Assembly (NCBI GenBank): GCA_000002445.1
Contig: CH464491.1
Span: 2,592,001-2,656,000, forward strand
Length of the DNA: 64,000 nucleotides
Origin: Trypanosoma brucei
Lineage: Eukaryota
Direction: 5' to 3'
The position numbers and the translations under genes were made by a program. A model generated the notes under the pieces. The model ran no database searches. It was not told the origin of the DNA and saw only the letters and a list, made by a program, of their open reading frames with translations. Of the stretch, positions 1-10,799 are shown one piece after another. Within the stretch, counting starts at the first letter, position 1; every line of letters begins with the position of its first letter.

Positions 1-1345
1 GTCCTAGCAGGGGAGCCAACGTCTCTGCTGGCACGCCAGCTAAGTTAGCTCCAACAAGGGCCTCCATTCCACGTCTTCCCCCCAGTTTTAGCAGCGAGGA
101 AAAGATTTCATCGTGGGGGTTACCAAGTTTCAAGAGATTTGCTGTGACGAGTCCAATCGGTAGTGCACCAATGCGGCACTGAATTCCACTTCCTCCGTAC
201 ACAACAAAAGACGTGCCGAACCTCACAGACTCACTGACGTAACCAATACCCGTGATTGGCCCGTCCAACTGAAAAGTTGACACTAGTTCCATCTCGTCAT
301 ACACACCCTCGTATACGGCGCAGTTTGTAGTGATTAAGATTAGAAGATGAGTTAGTGCGTCATAAAGTAGAGTGGTGCCATTTGTGTCCCGACAGGCAAA
401 CCGGATATCTTCAACATGGAGACCCGAGGGTAGAGGACGGGAAGAAGCTAGACGGACATTAACACATGCAGTACCACCTCCAGCTGCAGGGGCTTCGTCG
501 AGAAGCACAGGCTGCCGACCCCCATCGGCGGCAATCAGGACAGCGTGATGAGACGTCTCAAAGCTGGCAAGCACTGTGACTGTATTTCTCAGAACAGCCA
601 CAGAACCGGCCACCACAAACTCGCCTGTTAGAGTGCGCTTCCACACAGCCAGATCGGTATTCGACAATACAAAGAGGTTCCCCCGGTAAGGATCGTACGC
701 ACTATCTTGGTAACGTTTCGTGTCCCATAGAGAAATCACAGCATCGTAAATTCGTCGCGGGCGCTGGTTCAATGACAAAACCATTTCTGACACTTTATCA
801 CCTCTGAAAACTAAACGACAGCTTTCCACTTGCGCGTTGCCATAGCATAGTGTTAACTTGCCATTCTCAAACGAAACAATTTTTTCAACCGACCGTCCTG
901 TTTCAATGAAAATATCGTCCAGTACTACAGGTGGTGATTCTTCTTGCAACAGAGCGGCGTGAATCCCGTTTGCAAGTCCGACAATAATAAGTGATCTCTT
1001 GTCCGCGCCGCATCGTTGGATGTACGCGTCTTGAATAAGACTACCCCACGGGGGGAAATAGAAGTGGTTATCTTGTCGAACAACTAGAAGTCTGTTACCG
1101 CTCGACACGAGGTGGGCGCCATTTCGGTAATGAACCTTGCAACGGCCCCCGCCGTTGAGTAAGTTAGAGGAGGGCCATGCATGCTCTGTTTCTACCTGCA
1201 CATCAAAGAAGGGGGTCTTTGACACCGGACGGGAAAATGTTCGAAGAAGCGGCAGGACGCCATCCGCGGCGCATGTGTCAGACTTTGCTATGCATTGCAA
1301 CAACGCCTCTTTCACATTTTCACTTCCCTCCATCAACCGTTCCAT
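1..1345 (-). CDS. Conserved hypothetical protein, N-terminal ~448 aa (partial; continues past window start)
   Basis: Manual minus-strand translation from ATG (revcomp of 1343-1345) gives an uninterrupted ~448-codon frame to position 1 (MERLMEGSENVKEALLQCIA...FVVYGGSGIQCRIGALPIGLVTANLLKLGNPHDE...). It is absent from the ORF track only because it is truncated by the window edge. Family not recognised; the true start codon is uncertain. Confidence 0.6.
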   Translation of the reverse strand, partial: MERLMEGSENVKEALLQCIAKSDTCAADGVLPLLRTFSRPVSKTPFFDVQVETEHAWPSSNLLNGGGRCKVHYRNGAHLVSSGNRLLVVRQDNHFYFPPWGSLIQDAYIQRCGADKRSLIIVGLANGIHAALLQEESPPVVLDDIFIETGRSVEKIVSFENGKLTLCYGNAQVESCRLVFRGDKVSEMVLSLNQRPRRIYDAVISLWDTKRYQDSAYDPYRGNLFVLSNTDLAVWKRTLTGEFVVAGSVAVLRNTVTVLASFETSHHAVLIAADGGRQPVLLDEAPAAGGGTACVNVRLASSRPLPSGLHVEDIRFACRDTNGTTLLYDALTHLLILITTNCAVYEGVYDEMELVSTFQLDGPITGIGYVSESVRFGTSFVVYGGSGIQCRIGALPIGLVTANLLKLGNPHDEIFSSLLKLGGRRGMEALVGANLAGVPAETLAPLLG

Positions 1346-1696
1346 GCTAAATTCTAACCGATCCCCCGCACCAACTAAATAAAAAAAATGAGAAAAGATA
1401 TGCAAGGTAATTAAACAACAAAAGGGAGATAAAGCAAACACATGCACACTTGCTCATACAAATAACGGTCAGAATAACAATAGTGACACAATAATTCATT
1501 TGCCTAACAGAAATATGCATAAAGGTATATATAACATCTGTTTTAACATAGGAAGGTTGCACCCATGCTACATAGTAGTGAAAAAGGCGCGAGTAACGAA
1601 AAATGAAACTCTCTGGGGACTCTCGTATCCAGTCGCACTTTCAACTCTACATGTATACCCTGTTCCTCTATAGCAAAAACAATCTTCGCTACCCAA

Positions 1697-2194
1697 TTAA
1701 TCGGTTGAAAACGCTTCCTTCTTCGGTATGGATCCACTATCTTCGACCATAACTCGTCTGAACTCCTCGTAACTTAGTCGACCATCTCCGTCTAAATCCG
1801 CTTCATTTATCATCTCGAACGCCTTTTCCGGAGTAAGGTAACAACCTAGTCGCTCCATCACGATTCTCAAGTCGGTTGTAGTTATGAAACCAGTGTTACC
1901 AAGATCGTAAAGTTCGAATGCCCGACGCAATTTGAGCTCTTTTTCCTCCGGGTCATTTAGTTTCGTAGCGACAAGGGTAAGAAACTCCGGGAAATCAATC
2001 ACGCCATTTGAGTCTAAGTCTGCTTCGTTCATCATCATCTGCAGTTTTTCCCGGGAAACTTTCTGTCCAATTGCCGCGAAAACATTAGAAAGATCATCAA
2101 CAGTAATGTTGCCATCGCAATCTGTGTCGAAAACAGCGAATGCTTCCTTCAGTTCGGTGATTTGCTCTACCGTTAAGAGGTCCGCCATCACCAC
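1697..2194 (-). CDS. Calmodulin-like EF-hand calcium-binding protein (4 EF-hands)
   Basis: 165-aa ORF with four canonical EF-hand loops (DTDCDGNITVDDL, DLDSNGVIDFPEF, DLGNTGFITTTDL, DLDGDGRLSYEEF) and calmodulin/centrin-like spacing. Confidence 0.8.
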   Translation of the reverse strand: MVMADLLTVEQITELKEAFAVFDTDCDGNITVDDLSNVFAAIGQKVSREKLQMMMNEADLDSNGVIDFPEFLTLVATKLNDPEEKELKLRRAFELYDLGNTGFITTTDLRIVMERLGCYLTPEKAFEMINEADLDGDGRLSYEEFRRVMVEDSGSIPKKEAFSTD

Positions 2195-2493
2195 TACAAA
2201 AAAGAAAACGCAGCTCTTTCCCTTTATATATAGCTGCCACGGTTTGCCCTATTTGCATATTTAAAGATTTTTTTTTAAAGGCCAATTGGAATAAATAATC
2301 TTTTGCTCAAATTTCTCTCAAACTCCCACAGTGGTGCACAAAAAAGCAGAGAGTGACACTAAAATGAGAAACAGTGAGTCAAACACATCATAACAAAAAA
2401 ACGACTATGTTATGCGTCAAATGCACGCATGCAAGTGCAAGCCGCACTGAAGGCCAAACCCTTACCTTAGTTATTGAAATACTAACATAAAAC

Positions 2494-3519
2494 TCAAGAA
2501 CGGTCATCACCATCGTCTTCATCTTCGAATCCATACAGCTCAGCTTCATCTCTTGCGAGTTTGTTGTGAACACGCGAGCGGAGCACAGGGTTCCACAGTT
2601 TGTCGTCCTCAATGCTGGACATCAGAGCACTACTGATGTCTTCTTCATGCAATGACATCTTCACGTCGGCTTCAAAAGGAGCCGGCAAATCGTGCGCGTG
2701 TACAGGAGTACCTCCTTGCATACCCGTCTGCAAATTCTTCACAGACCCATACGTTACCTCTCGTCGATCCATAATGTGAGCACCAAATACTAAATTATCA
2801 TCTTCCCTTTGGAGGGCCTGAAGATCTTTCATTTGATGTGATCTTCGGTGTGCCCAAACACGCTCCTCGTGAGTCGTTTCCTCCCAGAAGTTATTATAGG
2901 GTTTTGGAATAAGACCTTCATCAATTTTGATACCGTATTTCTTAAGAATCCATTTCCCCTTCCGGTATCCATCCACAACCATCATGAAGCAATCCCACGT
3001 CTGGTTAACATAACGAGCCGCTCTAACTTCCTGGTAGAGCATGCGACGATAGTATTCTCTGGCGTCTGGTGGAAGATCCCAAAGCCGACGAAACGCCCAG
3101 TACACGAACCGCTTCGAGGGACTAACGGCTCCACGTTCGTACCACGACACACGATAGGGAGTTGAAGCAGTTGTGTTTTGAAGGCCTTTCGCGAGAGGTT
3201 CGTCGCATACCGCCCTTTCTCTGAGAGTACTACTTCGTGTGTTACAGTCGCTCGAAGCGCCACATTCATATGGCAGATCGTCCTCGCTTATTGGGTTGTC
3301 ACAATTGGATGATGAATAAGGACGATGCACTTTGAAAACTGGCTCCATTTCCACTGGCTGTAGAGTAAACTCTCTGCCCATTGACGCTCTTCCGTCAGTA
3401 AACAAGCATTCATCTGAACCTGTTGAAACGTGGCGGTACGAGTTACAGCCTTTTGGGCACGTTACAGCCTGCCTCCCACATGACGAAAATAACTTTGAGT
3501 ACGACAATATGTTTAACAT
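2494..3519 (-). CDS. Hypothetical protein with acidic C-terminus
   Basis: 341-aa ORF on the same strand as its neighbours. Non-repetitive, protein-like composition ending in a DEDDGDD acidic tail. No recognisable domain. Confidence 0.5.
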   Translation of the reverse strand: MLNILSYSKLFSSCGRQAVTCPKGCNSYRHVSTGSDECLFTDGRASMGREFTLQPVEMEPVFKVHRPYSSSNCDNPISEDDLPYECGASSDCNTRSSTLRERAVCDEPLAKGLQNTTASTPYRVSWYERGAVSPSKRFVYWAFRRLWDLPPDAREYYRRMLYQEVRAARYVNQTWDCFMMVVDGYRKGKWILKKYGIKIDEGLIPKPYNNFWEETTHEERVWAHRRSHQMKDLQALQREDDNLVFGAHIMDRREVTYGSVKNLQTGMQGGTPVHAHDLPAPFEADVKMSLHEEDISSALMSSIEDDKLWNPVLRSRVHNKLARDEAELYGFEDEDDGDDRS

Positions 3520-3772
3520 TTCTGGCTACTCGTCCTGTTGACGAATTATTCACCTAACATACTGATAAACCACCAGAAGAGGGTGGTGAAACAAAACTAT
3601 ACAATGGCGAAAAAGAGGGAACTTGTCAGAGGAACTGTGGGTAAATGAAAATACGGCGGTATGCTGTGTGTCACTTCTTTTAAACCGTTTCTTGTATGAG
3701 CTGCTTCATAGCGGTAAGTGAAAAGATTCTACTACGAGCAAAAAAAAAAAGATACAAATTTGAGTGCAGTGG

Positions 3773-4513
3773 TCAGAGAGTTGCTATTTTCAGACTCGTA
3801 TGCTTAAAGAAAGAAAGGCCCTCCAAAAACATATACAGTCGCGCATCGACTATCGTACGATTATTCATTCCTTCCTTTTGGGCAACCAGGCGCTTCAACA
3901 TCTTAGTGGGTGTAACATCGCTTTCGACATTTTTCCCTAACTTTAGTGGGAGCAAAATGACATCGATGTCCTCCCCGTCGTCTAGCTGAGGTTGTGGTTT
4001 ACAGTTGATTTTTGAATCTCCGTCCACACGTATTTTAACAAACTGGCAGCAAGAGTCCGATAAACCTGGTTCAAGACAAACAGCATCAGAGACATCAAAG
4101 ACATCTTCCACACAGGCGGAATATCCTGTTTCTTCTTTAAGCTCCCTCAAGGCCGCCACTTTCGCATCTTCCCCGGGGTCAATTAACCCTGCGGGGAACT
4201 CGATGACAACAGCATCGAGGGGTGGGCGATATTGCGCAACAAGGATCAGAAAACTTTCATTGCCGCGAGAAAGAAAAGCACAGATTTCAGTGCTATCAAC
4301 AGCCAGAGGTGCGGGCGTTCTCTGGTACCTATCCAACGGAACTTGTCTGGTGGTCCTCTGAACTAACTCCCATTTACTTGCAGAAATATCACCCACTTCT
4401 CGGGCTCCTTCTGGCGTTCCATTCTTCTCCGCAGTGTAAGTGATTTCACAAAGTCTCAGGTACTTCCGTTCCTGTAAAACATTCAACCCAACTCTGATAT
4501 AGCGGTCCCTCAT
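3773..4513 (-). CDS. NUDIX hydrolase (ADP-sugar pyrophosphatase-like)
   Basis: Exact match to the Nudix box G-x5-E-x7-R-E-U-x-E-E-x-G-U in GLIDPGEDAKVAALRELKEETGY. 246 aa. It is the first gene of the minus-strand array, bordering the strand-switch region. Confidence 0.8.
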   Translation of the reverse strand: MRDRYIRVGLNVLQERKYLRLCEITYTAEKNGTPEGAREVGDISASKWELVQRTTRQVPLDRYQRTPAPLAVDSTEICAFLSRGNESFLILVAQYRPPLDAVVIEFPAGLIDPGEDAKVAALRELKEETGYSACVEDVFDVSDAVCLEPGLSDSCCQFVKIRVDGDSKINCKPQPQLDDGEDIDVILLPLKLGKNVESDVTPTKMLKRLVAQKEGMNNRTIVDARLYMFLEGLSFFKHTSLKIATL

Positions 4514-4849
4514 GCGTTATATGGCTCTATGTAACACGCATCTAAAGAGGAGAATACAAGTAAATAAGTTATTGAAAAATAAGGTGGAAAAAAGTTAAAT
4601 CATGTAAACTCAGTATCAGAACGAAGATTCGGTACACAAAAAAGGACAAAAAATTGTCATGTAACCTATCGGTAGTAAAAGAACAAATTTTCGAGCACAG
4701 TATCTTTTGCAGAGCCCCCCCCCACCATCCTCCTTCCCCAGGGGTTTTATGCAGCGACTGTTCGTTAAGCTTCTTCAACATCCCACATACTCAATGCTAC
4801 ATATTTAATCAATAAAGAAAACTTCGTCCTGCAAAAAAAAAAAACGAAT

Positions 4850-6790
4850 TACCTTCCCCAATCCTTGGGTGCCCAGTCATCATGCAGTACAAATCCTGCC
4901 TTTTGTGTATAACACCCCAGAAAGACACAACAGGACGCTGGATTTAAAAAAAAAAGGAAGATGTTTGCCTTGGTACCATGAACTGCAGCTACAAACACGA
5001 AAGAAGAATAATCGGTGCAGCGGTCTCAACTTACGTAACAGCAACAAAGGGTGACACCCAGAAAAGAAAATATGGGGAAATGGATATCTTTTTCTTATCA
5101 AATATCCATAATAAGTACTTATATTACAAATTATATATCTGACTTGAAGCAACGTGTCCCAGCACTAAACCCCTCCCTGCAAAACGCAGGGCAATAATAA
5201 TTCACAATAAATGGGAGGGGTATGAAATATCCACGGGTTGATACTAACTCATAGGTAACGACGGTAACTATATTTATGTGAATCAAATGAAAACGATATA
5301 TTACAAGAGTATATATATTTAATTATTTATCAAGTGACATCTCTGGCGAGGAAAGTACTCCACAAGGCAAGACAACAGAACCCTATAAGCACGTAACTAC
5401 ACGTAGAAGCAACTAAATGAAAGTCCACTACCAGTAAAAAGCAGCTAAATTGGTCCCTGACGCGGCAGTATATACAACCGTCTGAACACCTACCCCACCA
5501 TCAAACACAAAGCACAGGCCAAAATGGATTATGCAAACACTACTACTTGGACGTACCACGTCAGCCTAATAAGACGGTAACTTACAAGAACAAACAAACG
5601 GCACCTCTATCATTAGGGAAGGGGGATTTAAAAAACGAAAGAAAAAACATTTCATCTACTTTTAAAAAGTTTCAACAAAAAAATATATAAAATGTCCAAC
5701 CATACGGAAAAGTTGAGATGTCCCAAGCCTTTCACATCCAGCATCGGCAACAAGTCTAACAGCAAGTAAAAAAAGTACCCGAACACCTCCCCTATTGGAC
5801 GACAACGACGACGGTGTACACCGCATGTCCGCAAGGGATGACAAAACAATTGAAAATAAAAAGCGAAACAAACTAAGCGAACCAGATGTCACCCCCGTAT
5901 AAACTTACGTGTATATGTATAGTGATAGTAAGAGTCGGGCGAGAACAACCACCTGCAAAACACTTGGAGCTTTTCTAAATTATTCTTATCCCTCTGCATC
6001 CCTAACTTTTAAAAATGTAGAATCGCGAATCTATAAGTGCAGGCCCAGTGGCATAATAATTAAGCCGTAAAACCGTTAGACCGGCCACTTGTAACGCGCA
6101 CGCGCCAGCTATACTAAAACCAAAGCAAACTCCTTTTGCAAGCTTCCGCCATCAGAGAGGTCCTGTAGAAGAGATAAACATCTAAAGGGGTGATAACCCA
6201 TGTCACCCTCAGGGTTCGTTAACGTGAGAACATCACGCAACGCCCCGCAGGTCAGTTGCGGTAGGGGTCTTGTAACGAACAAAAAACATTAAAAACACGA
6301 GGACAACCATCAGTGAAGAGTGCGAAATACGGAAGGGTACTGTTAACAAACATTAACCCCGCAGACGTGTCACGCATTGCCTTAATAGACACTTGATGCG
6401 CTACGCAAAGCTGCCGATGGGAGTTCACCGGAACTTTGAGACACCTGAACATAGCCGAGCTGCACAAAGGACAAAAAGGAATGCTCAAAAGCGTTTATTT
6501 GTGTTGACACAAAAGCCTATGCGGCAACCATCACGATAACTTTTTAAAAAAGATCAAGCAGTAATGCAACAGAAACGCCCAGTGGGCCCCACGCCCCACG
6601 CCCCACGCCCCACGCCCCACGCCGCTCCACGGGGAGGGGGTGACAGCCAACGCAACAGCACAAGCAGCACCGCTCAGCCACAGCCCCGCCGTGCGAACAC
6701 CGAAGCCGCGACAACACCCACCAGGGGGGCGGCTCGCTCGCACCGCCGGTATCTTGAGCCCGCACCGGCGTCGAGGTAATTGGGACCGTC
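4850..6790 (-). promoter_or_regulatory. CA/A-rich on + (GT-rich on the minus, transcribed strand) zone; putative initiation region for the minus-strand unit
   Basis: Plus strand is CA/A-rich (e.g. 5341-5640 and 6540-6780), i.e. G/T-rich on the minus strand, mirroring the GT-rich block at 10.8-11.5 kb. Trypanosome Pol II start regions at divergent strand-switch regions are GT-rich on the sense strand. Confidence 0.35.
6587..6642 (-). repeat. (CCCCACG)5 microsatellite plus adjacent G-runs; G-quadruplex motif on minus strand
   Basis: ccccacg x5 at 6587-6621, followed by ccgctccacggggagggggtg. The minus strand reads GGGGCGTGGGGCGTGGGGCGTGGGG, which fits G4N3G4N3G4N3G4. Confidence 0.85.
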
Positions 6791-9700
6791 GGTAGGTGAT
6801 GCCGCGCAAGCGACGCCACAGTTTTCTACTCGCCCGAGAGATATCGTTCAGGACAAGGGGCCATGGCTGCAACTTTTTCGCAGAGGCGGTGCCGGATTTC
6901 CCCACATTCACCTGGAACGCCGCATCCGAGGCCCCGCTACGATCGCGTGTTTTCAACGAGCGGAAGCGTGCCTCTCGAGATGAACGAAGAAATGAGGAAC
7001 ACTATCCTCCAACAGTAGTGTCTATTGTGTTCCCGAGATTACCAAACTCACGAAACCAAATCAGATTCGGACAAACGGCGCACCCTCCGCAAATCCCGCC
7101 GGGCTTCCTTTCCACAACACAAAGCAGGTGCCGGAAGGTGAATAAAAAAGAGGGAAAAGTGGTAATCGAACCTTCAGCATCAATGGTAAAGCCACTCCAC
7201 CATAACAACGGGACCGCGACGTAAATAAATAATCTAGCAATTAACCTTTTAATCAGCTAGAACCCCTTTGAATAGGAACCCGTGGAAAGCCATACGCCCG
7301 GGGCGGGCGCAAGGATTTCGGATACTTCTGCATAGCAAACAGCAAAGGGGCGTAGCTGTCGCCGAGGGAGGGCACCGACGCCTTCCCCCCACCCCGTGGC
7401 CCTCGGCCGCACTGGACGCAAGTCCACCCCCTGTCCGAAGCCGCAATCGCCCTTTTCGCACGACGACTCGCATCAACATTGCGTTTCAGTGTGCATTTAT
7501 CTTTCCCCTTCATTCCTCAGCACACCGCTTGAAGGGGATACCGCAGCTGGATTCATCGTGGGAGTTCCCCCGAGTCTTTCGAAAGGAGCTCCATTACCGG
7601 CGCCGAAATCTCATCCGTAGACATTTTCCCCACCCCGTGAATAGACCACTCTGTGCATGCGCCTTCACCATTCTTCACAGCTACACATGTGGTTGTACCC
7701 AACGATATCTCAGCATCAGCTGGTGCGAGCACTAGCTTCCCACCAGGCGGGTTTGCACACATGGCGAGAACGGTGAGGCCATTTGTGCACCGATGTGAAA
7801 ACCACTCTTTGTTGCTGAGTTAGCACCCAAAGCGCGTTAGACTCTACTACAGAAGTAGAGTTGCTGTGGCATTATTCACTCTGCACCCCACACGGTGTAC
7901 CACCAGCGTTTGGGACCATCGAAGCCTGGCAGAAAAAAAGTTAGCGGTCAACCTTACGTCGCCCGTCATGTTGCGTCAAAATCGTTAGCCAATGCTTATA
8001 CTGTGCTCGACTGGAGAGGGCGTTTATATCTCCACGCGATTCGCTGAGCAGCGTGAGTGTTTGGGGGCCACACAACCAAGTTCGCTGACGAATATTCTGC
8101 ATTGTCCATGACTATCTTCACCTTTCATTTGTCCATTTTTTTATACCTGATATACGGGGCGGGTTCCGGTGCATGGACTTACCGCGTGCAGTGCCAACCG
8201 TATTTTGCATGGTTTTCCCTTCTCTTCGGTCACCACTCTTTACTTAGCCACCCCCAATGCTTCAGGTGGCGGAGCTTTTCCCCTCATTTATCCTCCATCC
8301 CTTCCGCCCTTTCCTTTTCCCCTCGGCGTCAACCACCGGATAAGTTGGTTCGCTTTCTGTGACTACCCCCTTTTCGCCTGATCTACAACTGCTTTTATTT
8401 TCGGATGCTCAGAAGGTGTGTCTCTCTCATGTTATCCGGCATCGAACCAGGGGGATGTTGTTTCTGGCATGGAGTTCTCGAAATTTTGGTTTCGTCGCGC
8501 CATCACCTCACTGTTAGATTGGCTGTTTTCTTGCTTCGTAGACTTTTGCTTTCCAAGTTCCCTTTGCTTTCGATTGTTTTCGAGTAGATTTTGCACTTTC
8601 ACCCTTCTGCGGTTACTTGCGTCACTGCTGGTGGGAAGTCTCCTTCCCCCTCCCTGCAACGGCGTTTTGCACAAAGCAGGCACAAGTCCGCAATATTTCT
8701 TTGCTGCTTTTGCTTCTGGCGGTGCTCGCCGCGCACCACCACTAGGGCGCTCAGCGGCCTTGGCGCATGCACAGCATTTACTAAGCTCTGAGCTCAAAAC
8801 TCTTCCACCCTTAGCTTCGCTGCTTTTTCCTTCCATTTTCTTATGGCCATTTCTCCAAGCACTCCCTGCATCTTGCATATACGATCTAGTTTTCCCTTTC
8901 GCACGACAACATTTCCTCGCCTCATTTTGCAGGTTTGCCACCTCCCACATCCAAAGACGTGGCAACAGTCCATTCACACCCTTCAGAATTGCCTTTTCTC
9001 TGCTGCACCTCCAATAGCAAAGGGTGTGGCCTCACTCATTTTATCCCGCCATCGGAGGGAACGCTTAGATATTTTCTTTCGCCTATGGAAGTATTTTTGT
9101 TGGTGAGCTGTCCTGTCAAGTTTATTCCTTGCACGTGGTGTAGGGGGAACACGGCGATAGACCCTTTCAGCATCTGTGCCGATGCTTACTTCGGATTCGA
9201 CTTAATGCCGATCACTTGTGAGACACAGTATCGAGATCCAGTTTGGCATATTGAATTCCTCGTAGAGGGTCGTTCTTGCCGCTGAGAACCACTTGAAACT
9301 CGGAAAGTTTCTCGGGTGTTCCCTGTACCGGCGGGTATGAAGTACGCCTCCAGGCAAAATTGCGCAATACACTCGCCCACATTGTCAGGAAGTGTGACTG
9401 GACCCAGTTCCGAACTCAGCGAGATTATGTACGCACCCACTGCTACTGCGCGTCTCCTCTAGTGGTACGTGTTCGGTGCCAATTTCGTGGCTGCCGCGGG
9501 TTATACCAAATACTTTCACGCAAACGTGTGTTTGTGGCATTTTTCTGGTGCTAGCCTAACCGATGCTCTTCCATACACTCCATTTTGTTGCGAGTCCTGT
9601 ACTACACCTGCGCCATTCTTCAGCAGTGTCGTCACTCGCGAACCTTTAAAGGACTGTGCCGCTCTAATGTTCTTGTGCCAAGGAATCATTGTACATTGTG

Positions 9701-10238
9701 CCTCTTTATCCCGCATATGTGTTTTCCGCCAAATGAAGGACCTACCATTTTTTTTCACGGAGGCTTGTTTTTTACTCAAGTCCTTCCACTCGGGAGAGGA
9801 CTCGAGTATTCCACCGTGATCCACGTAAAATGGGACCTGTGTTCTTTCCGGCATTCCCACTTGGTATCAACGGCGCTCTGAAGGTACTGAAAAAGGCACG
9901 CTTTCTCCTGAAGGGGAGGATGTAGATACTCCTAGCTGCCCCTGAGGCTGGAGGGTCTTGTTGACTTTCCTTTTCCAGAAACTGGCAACCACCCGACTTT
10001 TTTATTCACAGAAGATCAAGACACATACGGGTGCTTGACTTCCCCATCGACAGGGAGCGAGTTACCAAAACCAAAGAAAGATTTACACAAGAGCCGTTTT
10101 TTACACGTGGAACAGATTCGCATCAGCGGGGAGTATGGGGTACATTTGCACCTTTTTTTCTTTCGCGCGGGTAATGATCCGCGGCGATGCCTCACAGTAC
10201 GGTATAAACTCACTTGATGTGCTTGTACGGCGCGCGAA

Positions 10239-10278
10239 CCCCCCCCCCCCAAAAAAAAAATAAAATAAAATAAAATAT
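10239..10278. repeat. C12-A10-(TAAAA)3 homopolymer/microsatellite junction
   Basis: cccccccccccc aaaaaaaaaa taaaataaaataaaat read directly in the sequence. Confidence 0.9.
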
Positions 10279-10799
10279 TATTTTTAACGAGTTTTTATGT
10301 TGTTCCCCCCCTTGGGACTTGGCTGTGTTCTTGCGGACTTTGACCTGCGTAGCGTGACCCGCGCAATCATACTAAGAAAGATTCTTCTTTGAGGGGTTCT
10401 CCCTAGCACCGACCCAAGGTAGTGTAAATGGGCTCCTGCAGCTTCAGCTTACCCGTAGGGTTCAAGCACGTCCTGGAAGCAGACTCTGCTTTGCTAGAGC
10501 TGAAGGCCGTCTGCCGCACCTCGAAAACAAAAAGAATACCAAGGGGAAGAAGATGGAAGGCGGCCCGCAATTACACAGATATCGAAAATTGAACGAAGTT
10601 AAGGCTACCCGATGGTGTCGCGCTGCTTGATCCTGTGGGTCGTGGTGCCCAAGTCGTTGCTACGGTGAATTCCCTCCTGCGTTGCCACCGTTCGGCGTGG
10701 CGTCGCTAGAAAGTTGTTTTCTGCGCGCAGCCGTAGCCGCTGAGATTAGAATGGAATATGGCATCTAGATTTCAGTTTATAGGGCAGTCGCCGTGTTTT

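Noticed and set aside
7141-7215. tRNA-like T-loop fragment (ggtaatcgaacc, reverse complement of GGTTCGATTACC)
   Set aside because: The flanking bases do not form a 5-bp T-stem or a 7-bp acceptor stem (TGAAG does not pair with TACCA), and no D-arm or anticodon arm can be drawn. Not a tRNA.
6531-9017. Multiple overlapping ORFs in the strand-switch region (6531-6956 -, 6796-7224 +, 7268-7735 +, 8418-9017 +, 8432-8977 -)
   Set aside because: They are Arg/Pro/Gly/Ala-rich or Leu/Phe/Ser-rich low-complexity translations of GC-rich or CT-rich DNA, overlap each other in several frames, and sit in a region with no strand-consistent gene array. They look like compositional artefacts.
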